A DNA stretch of 64,000 bases from Trypanosoma brucei (GCA_000002445.1 CP000066.1:384001-448000); one strand, 5' to 3'. Numbered from the stretch's first letter, positions 22,801-33,774 are shown. Numbers and translations: made by a program. Notes: generated by a model from the sequence alone, not told the origin.

Positions 22801-22875
22801 GAGTGTATTGCAGGAATAATCTTCTATTTCTAAAGGAATCTCCTCTTCAACATCCGCTAATTCCATTGAACTCAT
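19846..22875 (-). CDS. Rab3 GTPase-activating protein catalytic subunit (RAB3GAP1)-like protein (1009 aa).
   Basis: A ~1000 aa ORF of a size typical for RAB3GAP1. It contains the segment ADFVHWYSPRDF, matching the conserved FVRWYSPRDY block of the Rab3GAP1 catalytic-domain region. It also has a poly-Gln run and an acidic N-terminus. The assignment comes from motif recall only. Confidence 0.5.
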   Translation of the reverse strand: MSSMELADVEEEIPLEIEDYSCNTLFEEVVKEMEQYIIMEFRTHPELQRFALTTNAVGEGKTRCTRGTDNDDDNREMVLGRRFTINRRSAREAWSDNDGEEIMVEIHVHNFEQQQQQQHPIVRLFAVPVFFLVRNTATSLHHSYSESSFYLSLLVCAVSRAMRVSFSLYFERDPLSLTSPFYYANGTVPCFVAVGDPSQLTFMGVAPPALVDAFTSNGGAALDTTHATLHQLFVHLVVKCRFCCTAYPSTPDCCRRVIDCLDVFQLHLGKQSRVRRDTFEGICVSLQRKFKLMPPRRFSMNPALPRITSSDIRHGELALSWGAALDNENDNILPSTMRTTFPFGTGTAPLRGIYFTFQWNQLRDTEARDDGARASNLNPFTPEAKYMLEDKLNITAVAIPKDESDLNHASCKYLSKYYETVMQYISQGSGSENSPNITDDIIGLADDIMDRCGGMWKDRNSPVSPLAMFPACKGEFKSDVRNVYYPGSLLCRFACACARDVHDIDGVRALWKVIVQRLKALLDDSEDRKGSLQKLIATIGIPAVDEINHGMPLIIQKMQLLVICSRRMLEKNATVPADQPAQDEWGSANEQGSPKLDGSQDGVEDVIHRSNDSEFYGRCTKRVKRLITNGEVLVEPQPLPVPPYTTDILLAKSQEERDPHSHSASSSQHSPSLVLNEGLFNDMCLFLYVNRSHEGRVVRFADFVHWYSPRDFVSPPHSPATGTTETGGPTKPDFEVDINDSAYLSERMQRREDNTWWLLWEQAAPRSPEEIIEQLFVPEEQAHDVVNWMESELQLDMLLLETVQANFSNALHPLLSHRHVETNEAIAAYVMQKSEEVTSSIKDLFYSDPLFSNVETLRTTYSTAIRRVEEIETSVCVAIAIERTLCTLDVNCQMLTSPVTRGAVTEEADHEALREFIAALSSPQVPKNSDSALTSLRLRTGSLRWDVWHRCRVFERFSEDERSPISTYLRATCMAERPLNTTPCFQQMIAETDEGGTFRVALTLAEEVL

Positions 22876-23652
22876 ATGGGCAACCGTATATATATATATA
22901 AATATTTACTATAATTGTATTTGGTGTTGTTTTTATGTATTTTATTTTTGTATTCCACCCCTTGTTTGTGCGTGTGCGCTAATGGGCGACCCAACGCAAC
23001 GGCAACTTGCCAACACCCCTTCTGTTATTTGATGAAATATACCCTAAGAATAATGTGCACACAGCAAAAGAAAAAGAAAAAAAATATGTACAAGAATCAG
23101 CAGTACATGTATGCATATATATATATATATATATATATCCCTAAATATACAAACAACATATTTGCATGCATATAATTCCTTTAGGCTTTGGGACACGATA
23201 AAGAGGGGGAAAAGATACATTCCATATCTAACTCCCATTAAGTTGTCATCCCTTCCCAAATCTCAGTTTCCTCATTCTTTTCTTTTCTTGTGTGTCACCT
23301 CCCCCTCCTCCCAGTAGCGGATGAAGACACAACAGAGGATGAGAAAGGGAAGGGAACAAAATGGAAGACATGTCTTTTTTTATTCTTTTCTTTTCTTCTT
23401 TCGCACACGCACGCACAGACGCACACACATAAACGCACGTACACCTCTGTGTGCTTTTGCTGAAGGAGTTGTGACGCAGGATCTAAAGCTTCCACTGCTA
23501 TTGAATGTATCACATCATATTTGTCCTTTCCATTAACCTCCTTGTTCGTTCCTTCCTTTTATTTCCATTTTTGTATTCATATTATTTCCTCTGCAATCAC
23601 ACTATTTTCCACAGGTGCACGCACACGCACACACACACACAAAAAAAAAACC

Positions 23653-23682
23653 AGACAGAGACAGAGACAGAGACAGAGAGAC
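23653..23682. repeat. (GAGACA)4-5 hexanucleotide repeat.
   Basis: Direct read: 'agacagagacagagacagagacagagag'. Confidence 0.9.
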
Positions 23683-23830
23683 ACCTGCTTCGCCACTTTT
23701 ATACTCTGCGTCGCAACGCAGTTCCAACCCCACCAAACCACCGTCTATCATACGATTGCCCGCCCGTAATAGCTTAGAAACAACCTAAAATAAAAATAGT
23801 AAAAAGTAAAAAAACAAAAACAAAAACAAA

Positions 23831-24973
23831 CTATGAAAAGAACCCCCGAAGACAAAGCGGTTTATAACGTTTCGTCTCGGGACACAGGAAATAAGTTCTC
23901 GTGCATGCGTCGCGACTAATGAGCGGTTTGCATCTATCTTCTGAAGTGCACCTCTGTTGTAATGGGGAACCGGCACTACTCACGGGCACATTCCGTCGTT
24001 CATTTTCCATCTCTACAGAGCTACACACGCCTTCTGTTTCCAACGCGACCGTTGGTGGCGTATTACTATTATTATTGTTATTATTATTATTGTTGTTGTT
24101 GCTATTGTTATTGTTATTCCGCGGAACTGACCCGGATGCCTCCGACTCGGGTGACTCTTTTTCCTCCGTGCCACGTGATGGAGTCGGTGTTTCAATAAGT
24201 GGTGGCGAACCTTCTGCATTCGATGGTGGCGTTATTCTCTCAGCTGAACGGGATGTCGTTCTTCTTCCACGAAAAGACCGAGTCTGCTGCAATTGTAAAT
24301 CCTGTTCCGTGAGCGTCATAGCGGGTTGTATGGAAGGTTCCGTTCCAATCACTTCCGGTGACGACTTTCCCTCTGAAACTTTGTTCCTTTTTTCTTCTTT
24401 CTTCTGCCCTTCTACGCCGTCCTCCGAATCCGGTGTTGATATGAACCGCAAAACCGATAACCAAAACACCGCTTGAGTCCCGTCATTTCCCCCCTGCTGA
24501 AACTCCGTAGCTGCGTGGCGCATTAGGTTAATTACAATGGAGTTCATTATGGATTTTAGTCGTTCGAAGCGTTGTAGATCAACATGTTCAGTTAAGTACA
24601 GAACTTCCTCTAACATCGCCTTTCCCAAGTCAGCCGTCATTGGCTGAACGCTTAAGGCCTCAGCCACCATCGTATATTGAGTGGCAGCATCTTTCGACAT
24701 GGAAAGAATTTCAGGCACACTGCGTAAGTCGCGTTTGGCCATATAAACGTTAATGGCACCTCTTAGTGGAGCGCTAAGTTCGGGATCTTGTCCGACAATA
24801 TGACGAAGAGGCATTTCGTAGGCTGCAGCAATGGCATCTGCAACACAACGGCATGCAGTGTCATTTAACACGACGTCACCATGCATCACATCAATAAAAA
24901 GTGCAATCACCTGATGCGAGTTTCGCTTTTGCTGCACGTCCTCGCTCAACATTAAGCTACAATTCTTTTTCAT
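23831..24973 (-). CDS. Hypothetical protein (380 aa) with a long poly-Asn tract and a Ser/Pro/Thr-rich linker.
   Basis: Intact ORF. It has a structured N-terminal ~190 aa, then NNNNNSNNNNNNNNNNNSN encoded by AAT/AAC repeats at ~24060-24115, and a basic C-terminus. No family recognised. Confidence 0.45.
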   Translation of the reverse strand: MKKNCSLMLSEDVQQKRNSHQVIALFIDVMHGDVVLNDTACRCVADAIAAAYEMPLRHIVGQDPELSAPLRGAINVYMAKRDLRSVPEILSMSKDAATQYTMVAEALSVQPMTADLGKAMLEEVLYLTEHVDLQRFERLKSIMNSIVINLMRHAATEFQQGGNDGTQAVFWLSVLRFISTPDSEDGVEGQKKEEKRNKVSEGKSSPEVIGTEPSIQPAMTLTEQDLQLQQTRSFRGRRTTSRSAERITPPSNAEGSPPLIETPTPSRGTEEKESPESEASGSVPRNNNNNSNNNNNNNNNNNSNTPPTVALETEGVCSSVEMENERRNVPVSSAGSPLQQRCTSEDRCKPLISRDACTRTYFLCPETKRYKPLCLRGFFS

Positions 24974-25662
24974 TCCCCTCTAATAATATTTCAAATGTTA
25001 TATTCTTTTTTGTGGGGAAAATATTCTACCTAACTTTTTTTTTCAATTTAGTGTGGGAGTTTGGTGCGTTTCCGAACACAAAATGTGCTACCAGTGAAAT
25101 GGCCACCGTTGCAACTTTAAAAAAAAAAAAAAGACGCACACCACACACCCCCTCCTTTTTGTGGCGTGCTCCCGTTGTCCCCTTCTCCTTTTCTTTTCTT
25201 TTTCTTTTTTTTCCCCCGCCCTCAAACTAACTTTATGTCCGGGATTGTCGTCAAAAACGACCTGTCAAATGTTTTTGTTTCGTTTTGTGCGTAATATATT
25301 TCAGACCTGAAAAAGGTCCGTTGTATTGTTTTTTTTTTTAAAAAAAACTTAAATGGTAAATAAAGGAGAAAACAACAAATAAATACACTTTGGCTTACCT
25401 TATGTGAGTGGGTGCTTCAGAGATGTGTACCTGTTGCAGTCTTACATGGGCATCAACACAGCGACAAAAGGTACATGTTTTAATAAAAAATAAAAAAAAT
25501 AAAATAGAAAGGTAAAGGTAAAGGTAGGAGAAAGAAATTAAAATAATAATTATTATCATTATTATCATAGTAGGAAGGTGTGGCATATTTGTGTTCTAGG
25601 CGTAACGTCACTGAGCTTTTACTACCAGTCACCACACACGCAACTAACAACTTCAGGAAGGA

Positions 25663-25693
<31 letters not shown>

Positions 25694-26683
25694 GTGGTTT
25701 TGATACACCAAAAAAAAACAAAAAAATAAATAAGGGAGAACCGTTCTGGAAAAGAGAGAGAGCGCAAATATTTAAAAAGGAAAAGCAAAAAAAAAAAAGG
25801 AGGAACTCACAAACGAGAAAAAGATGCCGCGAACTAATAATAACACATGCGTTTGAAATGGAATGTAAAAAAAGAAAAAAGATGGAAAGAATGTGTGTGA
25901 ACGCGTGACGTTTTCCTCCCAATCCACTGATGAATTCCCCGTATTTGCATAATATACAATAAAAAGTACGAAAGTAAACACCACAAAGGAAATATAAGGG
26001 TCAATCGTACATGGACCCTCAACAACAATAACAACAACGAAAAAGTGACGCACTTCACTACTGCGCTCTGTTGAGTTTGTGAGGTCTTTCTTTAAAAAAA
26101 GTATGTGAAGTAAAGCATTCATCAAAATAGTATAAAGGGTGGGAAAACAAAACAAGAAACGGATAGACTAACTTTTGGCTTATCCATTCAGCGCACTTCT
26201 TTTTTATTTATTTATCTCACTCCACTCCATTCCCTTCCCTTCGCCACTCACACATATCTACTTTGGGTCAGCCTATCAACACACTCCAGAACAATAATCA
26301 GAGGTGTGTACCATACAGTTATGGGAATCTTTTCAACTCATTCTTTTAAAATAAGTGTTTAGTGTTTCACAGAGTAGAAAGGGAAATAAAAAACAAACAA
26401 CAAAACATCACCGTCACAACCACACTACAAAATATACCGCACTTACATACACCTTCCTTCCCTTCCAAGGTTCTGGAATGATATGTGGTGCAGCAGCATC
26501 CTGGCTGCGACATAATGCGCTGAGGAGAGCGCCATGAGTTGGTTGTGTCCAGTGGCACAAAAGAGGTATCGTATGTTTGTACACACTTTAGAAAACAACA
26601 ACAACAACAAAATTCATTAAACTGGGAATGGAAATTAACTTCCGTAATAACAATCCAATTGGATTCTCCCTTTTGTTTCCCTT

Positions 26684-28552
26684 TCACTCGTACACAATCT
26701 TTACGTAGTCAGTTTGCACACCACATTCTACCATCAGTGGTTTCTGCATCCCTTGCGCCCCCTCTGTTGTCTCTCCATGTGACCCACGAGTTTCATATTG
26801 AAGCATTAGGGGGACTTCCGCTTTAGGCAAAAATAATGGCAGTGGCTCATTTCCAACTTCGCTATCCAAACAAGGTGTTGGCTTCCTCTCTTCTAGTTCA
26901 CCCTTTGCGGTGTTATTTGCGACCCAATTAACTCGAAGTTGTCTGGCTTGCGAGTCTTTCCCTTCACGAGGTGTCAGCAGCGGTGTTGTCAGAACAGCGG
27001 ATGGTCGCCGACGTTTCGGAAGCGTGGCTGCAGTAGGTAATATATCGGTAAAAAGACTTGCCTTCTTGAAACTACGCTGAATTGTTCGCACTACAGTCGA
27101 TTCTAACAATTCCTCACATGTGGGTCGCTTCGCTGGGTTACGATGAAGCATGAGGCGCATTAGTTGAATCATCTCTGGAGGGCGAGCGTAGTGGGAACGG
27201 TTCTCCACTTCCAATACAACTTCACCATTAGACAAGCGCAGCGGCAGCGTACCGTCGAAGGCAAGATAGTGTAATATCATTCCGAGTGACCACACATCTG
27301 TTGCTTTTGTGTGCGAATATATATATGACTCTTTCGTGCCCGGCACACACTCAAATAACTCTGGTGCCATGTACTCTACGGTTCCCGTTCCTCCCGTGCG
27401 TTCATATGACACCTCAGAAAGTAAAGTTGCAGTGCCAAAGTCGCTAACAAGAACACGTGGGACCTCCTCCGACCGACCTGTCAGCAGTAAATTTTGTGGC
27501 TTGAGGTCCCGATGGATGATGTTCTTTCGATGCAAATGCGCTGTCCCCGCAACGGCACTCAAAAAGAAGTACCATACGGCGATTGTTGGCAGAGCCGATC
27601 CGTGCCGCTCAAGGTACGAGTCAAGGGAACCTATAGTGGCATATTCCATAAGAATAAAAAGGCATCTTACGGGTGGCCCAAAATCAGCTATTTGCGCGGT
27701 ATCTACCCAGCTATGCTTATACTCCACCATGTTTGGGTGTTGTTTCACTTCCTCGAGAATACGCACCTCACTGAGTACTTTGTGCAAGTAACTGGTATTG
27801 TCTCCTACGGGAATTTTCTTTAAAGCAAAGTACCCCAACCCCACGCCTTCCATAACATGCTGACACAGATACACTCCACCAAAGGTTCCGCTTCCTAGTT
27901 TTTGTATTTCTCTAAAGTAACGCTTATAATACCCCCAGTCACCGCTGGTATTATCACCGCGTGGAGGAGACGTTTCAGGTCCGCCGCCCCTTCTGCTGTT
28001 TTCATCTAACGCCGACGAAAACACCGCTGTTGCTCCATGTGCCTCATCGGGTAGTTCCCACGTGTCTTCTTCTTCTTCTGTAACTCCCATTTTTCCTCTT
28101 ATTTCATCTTCCGGGACATATTTCTTCAAACCCTGTTCAGCCAACCGTTGCTGGAATTTAGCTTCAAGTGATGGACTGTCACATATGGAAAGCGGCCGAC
28201 GAGTAACAGTCGCAGCAAGTGCACGGAAGTATTGTGGAGTTAGTTGTCTCTCCCCCACCGTTGGCGGTGCATCATCCATCTGATTTTCAGCGAGAGGCCG
28301 ATGACATGTTGGGCAAACCGTGGGCACGGACAAGGGACCAAATGATGATTGACAAGAATTATAAAGGAATGGATCATTTTGTTTCATTGCTAATTTAAGC
28401 TCAAACTGTGGTGGAACTATGGCAAGCTCACCACATCCCGGAGAGTTACTGCGAACCAAAACTCCTCTGCTGTTGCTCCTGCTTCTGATACAAGGGCTAA
28501 TGGAACCTTCACTCATAGTGGGTGTGCCATACCCCTCCCAATGGCCACTCAT
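26684..28552 (-). CDS. Ser/Thr protein kinase (622 aa). Its subdomain V resembles the eIF2alpha-kinase/Wee1 class, but family assignment is tentative.
   Basis: Gly-loop GSGTFGGVYLCQH, VAIK-like FALKKI, catalytic loop IIHRDLKPQNLLL, DFG (SDFGTATLL), APE (YMAPELF) and DVWSLGMILH. The pattern HPNMVEYKHSW...ILMEYATIGSL resembles the Y..W.E/LxxEYCxGGSL motif of eIF2AK/Wee1-type kinases. Confidence 0.8.
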   Translation of the reverse strand: MSGHWEGYGTPTMSEGSISPCIRSRSNSRGVLVRSNSPGCGELAIVPPQFELKLAMKQNDPFLYNSCQSSFGPLSVPTVCPTCHRPLAENQMDDAPPTVGERQLTPQYFRALAATVTRRPLSICDSPSLEAKFQQRLAEQGLKKYVPEDEIRGKMGVTEEEEDTWELPDEAHGATAVFSSALDENSRRGGGPETSPPRGDNTSGDWGYYKRYFREIQKLGSGTFGGVYLCQHVMEGVGLGYFALKKIPVGDNTSYLHKVLSEVRILEEVKQHPNMVEYKHSWVDTAQIADFGPPVRCLFILMEYATIGSLDSYLERHGSALPTIAVWYFFLSAVAGTAHLHRKNIIHRDLKPQNLLLTGRSEEVPRVLVSDFGTATLLSEVSYERTGGTGTVEYMAPELFECVPGTKESYIYSHTKATDVWSLGMILHYLAFDGTLPLRLSNGEVVLEVENRSHYARPPEMIQLMRLMLHRNPAKRPTCEELLESTVVRTIQRSFKKASLFTDILPTAATLPKRRRPSAVLTTPLLTPREGKDSQARQLRVNWVANNTAKGELEERKPTPCLDSEVGNEPLPLFLPKAEVPLMLQYETRGSHGETTEGAQGMQKPLMVECGVQTDYVKIVYE

Positions 28553-28884
28553 ACGCAGCTGTGAATGGTTCTACAGAAAAGGTGGTGAAAACGGAATGAC
28601 AAGAAGATGTATCCCAATTTCAGTTTTTCAGTAATATTTCTCGCTTGTTTGAACTGCCTAACTTTGTCCCTATTATATCTACTTCGCGCATTGCATTTGG
28701 CATGCAAAATGAAAAAAAAACGAGTATGTTATTTCTCTCTGAACAGGTTCAAACACGATTTTTCTTTTTTTTCGCAAGGAAACGAATGGGAAAGCTTTAG
28801 CGACTTTCGATGCGACGGTTGGGAACCCCCTTACAACACTTATTGAATTGCAGTCTCCCCACCCCGCCATGTTAATGACTTTCA

Positions 28885-30639
28885 TCACATGAAAGATGTA
28901 GCCAAGCTCATAGCCTTTGCCAGCGCAGTCATCTGAGCAAAGTAGTTAATCGTCCGTGCTTCCATTCCATATGGACAGTCCTCCACTTCTACGTCGGTAC
29001 TTATACTCCTGTCTTCACATTTATTTTTTGCTCCATCATCTTCACCGCGTCCGCCACGTATGAATTGTTCCATAAGTGATAGCGGTATCATCTTCGTAAT
29101 AGTGCACAATTCACGTGTACGAACGTCGCCGAACGAGCGCTCGCTATCGACGGCACTGCGGCCGTGCGAAGGCGAAACCTCAGGATTGTGTAACACATGC
29201 GCAATAACCCACTCATCTGTATCCTCCACATACACTAATCGCCTTTGCACCCCAAATTTGTATCCTTTTCTCTTGCCTTGGTCAAGAGCCCATGTGATCC
29301 TCTCGTCAGCAGCAGATGCACTCTGCCACTGCATAACAAATCCAACAACCGCATGATTAATCCGATACGGTGGCAATTCAGTCAAAAGCTGCAGCAACTC
29401 TTCACCTTCCTCTTTCAGTAAGCATAGGCAGGGTCCTTTTGCGGTTTCAACCACAGTGGCTGCCGGAAGAATCACGCTACTATGTGTCAGATCAGCACCA
29501 GTTTCAAATTCCTCAGATAATTCTTCCTCCTCCTCACCGAAAAGAAAAGGAGTTGCAATAAATATGTACGACTCTTCTTGCACGAGAGAGATGTTTCCGG
29601 AGCCTTCCGCGCCTCGTTCCTTCGTCAACATAACCCGCAACTCGCAGGCAAGCAGCAGCCGCGCGAGAATCAACTCCACAGTTTCCACACTCCTCGTTCC
29701 ACTACGATTCGGTCGTTGCTCCACAGTCTCACATGATGTGCATTCATCCTCTTCTTCGAGGAAAGTTGCCAGTGGCGCCATTTGATCACATGCCGCGCAG
29801 TACGACACAACAACAGGACATGCAGCCGACCCTGCAGACGCAATAAAGCACGTGTGCCGCCCCTCACGATCCGCAGAACATTCAAGAAGCTCCTGCCGTG
29901 CCTCTGGCAGAGTGGCGGCCCCTTCCTCCAAAAAGTTTAGATATGCATTACGCCTATTCATATGTTCTGTGAAGTGACCCTGTACGCAATGGCGAAGGTC
30001 TGCTGCCTGTACATAGGGTTGACCTTGGCTGTTAGTATCCGTATCCGCACCAGTATCGCCGGTTTGCAGGCAGAAAAGGCAATGCACATGTGGTGGTCCT
30101 TGAAGTTTCTCTCCAACTGCTTTGCAGGCAACTGTCGGAAGCGATTTGGGATTCCCAATCGCCTTCATCGCTCCCTCACGTACAAAGTGAACACACAAAG
30201 GTGGGTTGCAAAGGAAACTGGACGTGACATTCGACTGAGAAACATCGTCACTGTTGCTCTCGTTCTGAACAAGTTGATCAAGTAGGCAACTAATGTCATC
30301 ATTAGGACTTATTTCTGCTTCCACAGCTGTGCCTTCCGTTTCACTACCTTCACTACCCACTGGTAAATTGAAGTAGTGGTCAACGTTCTTTATTCCGAGC
30401 TTTTCCCCCAAATGATATGTGAGTTGAATGTATTGCCTTCCCGTCATGTATGTTCTTGCTTCCAGCGGTGTATCCAATACACCAAAAGGATCGATAACAT
30501 TCAACGACTCAGGGACCGTTTCCATATGAAATGATGTGCTTCGGTTCCACTTCGCTACCTTATCACAGGATGCTGCTAACTTTAAATAGTAGCAACCCGA
30601 AGCGGACACTTTAGTGGAGAAAGAAATGCACCGCCACAC
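28885..30639 (-). CDS. Hypothetical conserved protein (584 aa), Cys/His-rich in its N-terminal third.
   Basis: Long intact ORF in the same orientation as its neighbours. It has acidic stretches (EEEEELSEEFE) and multiple Cys/His clusters (CVHFV..., HVHCLFCLQ, CAACDQ). The true start may be the internal METVPESL. No family recognised. Confidence 0.45.
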   Translation of the reverse strand: MWRCISFSTKVSASGCYYLKLAASCDKVAKWNRSTSFHMETVPESLNVIDPFGVLDTPLEARTYMTGRQYIQLTYHLGEKLGIKNVDHYFNLPVGSEGSETEGTAVEAEISPNDDISCLLDQLVQNESNSDDVSQSNVTSSFLCNPPLCVHFVREGAMKAIGNPKSLPTVACKAVGEKLQGPPHVHCLFCLQTGDTGADTDTNSQGQPYVQAADLRHCVQGHFTEHMNRRNAYLNFLEEGAATLPEARQELLECSADREGRHTCFIASAGSAACPVVVSYCAACDQMAPLATFLEEEDECTSCETVEQRPNRSGTRSVETVELILARLLLACELRVMLTKERGAEGSGNISLVQEESYIFIATPFLFGEEEEELSEEFETGADLTHSSVILPAATVVETAKGPCLCLLKEEGEELLQLLTELPPYRINHAVVGFVMQWQSASAADERITWALDQGKRKGYKFGVQRRLVYVEDTDEWVIAHVLHNPEVSPSHGRSAVDSERSFGDVRTRELCTITKMIPLSLMEQFIRGGRGEDDGAKNKCEDRSISTDVEVEDCPYGMEARTINYFAQMTALAKAMSLATSFM

Positions 30640-31239
30640 TCAATTAACATTGGGGGACGGAGAAAAAAGGAAGTTTATTGCAACAAAACAAATGCTTCCG
30701 TTTATATACTAATCAACCCTGTTCCCTTAAATCGTTATTTTAATTACTATTTCAAACATTATCCAAGTTGGCATGTTCACTCATTACACCTTTTCTCTCA
30801 CAACACCCACCGTTAGGCGAGGGATGTATTTTTGATCCAAAACACACCGTTGCAGAGGCAATTGAAAAAAGGTTAATGCATTGTATTGCTGCTAGTTTGC
30901 TTTTGCGGGGGACACGGACACACATTTGCGGTAAATGGTACTACTCGACTCCGTCTCCAACTCTTCCTTTAACTCAAAACAATAACGCAATATCATATAG
31001 GAAGCCACTAGATCAAAACAGCAGTGACGCACGTAATCCCCGCTAGGAGAAATTACAATGTACCACTTTTCCCGGATGCAGCCAATGAACAGATTTATAC
31101 ACAAATCCATACATACGCACAAACACACAATCACGTACACAAATAAATAAGAGACCTGTGTACGCACGTGTGTGCGTGTGAGCGCATAGTGGACCAATAA
31201 ATATTATCATGGAGACAGTGCACACATCTCTTTATCCTT

Positions 31240-33246
31240 TCATCTTTTCGCAGTAACGGTCCGGAGTGTACGCAAACGATTGAGGGCAGCACCAATCTCT
31301 ATGTGCCTTGTTGCTGAGGTGAACCCTCGAGGTAGATAACATGAGGGTGTTCGCAGTTCAAGTCGCTTGTCATGCTGGTGACTGCAGCATCCAGCGATCA
31401 TAGAGGAGAAATTAGAGTTAAACTTTCCTCTTTGAATCTCGCACACGCCACCTGGAGAAGGTAATTGTGTTAGCGCACCACCCTTTGTCGTCATTTCAGG
31501 CACAATCCGCGGTTCCCCGTCGTACAGCAACGCGAGGCACTGAGCTATTGCATTTACTTGCCCCTCCTCAACAATCTGTTCCACCATCGAAAGGTCAATA
31601 GTTTCCTCCGAGAATCGGATAGATTCTGTACCAATGCCACTCACTTTGGTTCCTTCCCTGCCACGTCGACGGCGCACTGTTGTGAAGGAGCCGTCAGGAT
31701 CAAAACACCGGTTCACGTCCGGTATGAACACGGAGGCGGTGTCTCCTGGAGGGTTTAGTGCCGGCAACGAGGAATTTGAGGCAATTTCTTTCGCTTCCTT
31801 TGTGCAATCAGAGATCTGGTAGGCATTCATGACGAGCACAACACGTGCCTGTGGAAAATACTGTCCGGATCCGCCAATAACCATGATGGAGGAAACCCCG
31901 TGATTCTGTGAGAGATCTGCTACGCGCTCCACGAAAGGCGTAATGGGTTCCTGGGCCCGCGGAACAAGCATTTGCATCAGCGCATCACGGTACATTAGAT
32001 TAGTGGCACAGGTGTCTTCGTCGAGTAATAGTAACTGCGAACCCAACTCCAAAGCCTCCATGATGTTAGCTGCTTGACTTGTGCTCCCACTGGCGTCGGC
32101 TGTTACGAAGAAATTAGTGGTCTTCCCAAAAGGAAGATTGTTGATGAAGGGTGAAATATCCACGCCGTGAACCGAGCGCCTGTCCTCCGCACGGATTTTA
32201 ACAGCTGTTGGGTCCACCACAACATAGGTCCGACCGTCATCAGGCACGTGGTTATATATTCCCACCTCCAGAGCGCGCAGAAGCGTTGACTTGCCGTGAA
32301 AACCGCCACCCGCTATGAGGGTAAGCCCCGGTGGGAGGCCCATGCCAGTGATTGTTTTGCCACTGTGTGGTAGGGTGAATGAGCACTCAAGTGATTTGGG
32401 TGATTGAAATGGCACCGCATTATCTCGCAACGGCTTGTCGCTGTTACCGGCATCACGCGGAAGAATCGCACCGTTTGCAACGAAGGCAACATACCCGGCG
32501 CCCAGAAGGTTGGAGCGAAGTACCTCTTGGTCATGTACGCATATGACGTGTTGGTGGAGATCTTCTTCGTTCAGCCCGACGACGCATTGTTCAAGGAGCG
32601 GGACGAGTTCATTGTAAAATATGTCGATAGCACCATGCCCATCAATACGTCGACCATGCCCCGGTAGCTTTACACGAGCAAATATCTCGATTTCTGCCTG
32701 CATACCGCTTTTCTGTTGATGCGCCTTGACAAGGCCAACGGTGCTACGCTCCAGCACGTGCTGCGATGGTCGAAGCACCTGCACAGCCCCACTCGTGCGG
32801 CGCGGTATACCGTTACGATACCCAGCATGGAAGGAACGAAGAATAAAATCTTCGGCGGCAACGCGTCGGCACGGGTTCGCCGCCGCCAAATCTGTGGTTT
32901 GTAGCACCTTCTCTAAAGAAAATGTGCACGGGCACACCAAGCGCACCTGACTGCCAGGGGCAAAAGGATCAGACTGGATGGACAAAAATGTGCATCTCAC
33001 ATTTTCGGAAATTTGGTACGTCTCATTTGTGAGGGAGCGCAGTTCACCGTAATTGCGTCCCTCTACTGAATGAAAGAAATCCATTAGTGGTGAGAACCCT
33101 GTGGAACCGGAGGAAATGGCAGCTCCCTCATTATTTGAAGGCATGTGGCCACCGCGTTCCATTGGCGCATTGTTATGCCAATGGGAGTGTCCCCTTCCGC
33201 CACCTCTACCGCCACGGTAATGCCCGCCGTAGCCACGATGGTACAT
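31240..33246 (-). CDS. Predicted ABC-class ATPase fold protein (PF09818-like) with an N-terminal RGG/Gly-Arg-rich RNA-binding-type tail. It may correspond to kinetoplastid MRB1590-like mitochondrial RNA-editing accessory ATPase.
   Basis: The Walker A/P-loop GGGFHGKSTLL is embedded in LPPGLTLIAGGGFHGKSTLLRALEVGIY, followed by hhhhDE (LLLLDEDTCATN), a Walker B-like motif. The N-terminus MYHRGYGGHYRGGRGGGRGHSHWH is an RGG box. The MRB1590 link comes from recalling that it has this fold. Confidence 0.6.
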   Translation of the reverse strand: MYHRGYGGHYRGGRGGGRGHSHWHNNAPMERGGHMPSNNEGAAISSGSTGFSPLMDFFHSVEGRNYGELRSLTNETYQISENVRCTFLSIQSDPFAPGSQVRLVCPCTFSLEKVLQTTDLAAANPCRRVAAEDFILRSFHAGYRNGIPRRTSGAVQVLRPSQHVLERSTVGLVKAHQQKSGMQAEIEIFARVKLPGHGRRIDGHGAIDIFYNELVPLLEQCVVGLNEEDLHQHVICVHDQEVLRSNLLGAGYVAFVANGAILPRDAGNSDKPLRDNAVPFQSPKSLECSFTLPHSGKTITGMGLPPGLTLIAGGGFHGKSTLLRALEVGIYNHVPDDGRTYVVVDPTAVKIRAEDRRSVHGVDISPFINNLPFGKTTNFFVTADASGSTSQAANIMEALELGSQLLLLDEDTCATNLMYRDALMQMLVPRAQEPITPFVERVADLSQNHGVSSIMVIGGSGQYFPQARVVLVMNAYQISDCTKEAKEIASNSSLPALNPPGDTASVFIPDVNRCFDPDGSFTTVRRRRGREGTKVSGIGTESIRFSEETIDLSMVEQIVEEGQVNAIAQCLALLYDGEPRIVPEMTTKGGALTQLPSPGGVCEIQRGKFNSNFSSMIAGCCSHQHDKRLELRTPSCYLPRGFTSATRHIEIGAALNRLRTLRTVTAKR

Positions 33247-33774
33247 GAATGTGGTTGAATGATTGATCGAGAGCGCGCTTCACTAAGCCTGGGGCTAAGC
33301 ACTTTTCGGTGTGTCACAAAGCAAAAAAGAAAAAAAAAGGTACCGGAAAGAAAATAAATCGTATAAATGCGCAAACAGGGGGCCTTCACTTGTGTCCTGT
33401 GTCACCGTTTCGATACCCTTCGCTCCCCAGTAACAACTTCCTTTTCCCCTTCTCTCTCTCTCTGACACACAAACACACAAAACCAAACCGAGGTAGACAA
33501 AACAACGACAAGAGCCATTTATATCATCTTCGCCCGTTCTCTTTCAGCATCCCTTCATGCTTTGCGCGCTTAAGGGCCTCTACCGTCACGGCGTAACTGC
33601 AGCATCTCCAAAAATTAAAAGGTCAGGGCAAGTTATGCGGCACCTCAGGGATTACATAAAAGTACGGGAGCTTTCGCCGAACGCTTTCGCCGAAAACACA
33701 AGTTCATATAATGTACAGTCATAGAAACATATGTGTAGGCCAAACGTTGAAGGCAAAATGCTTAACGACGTTTA

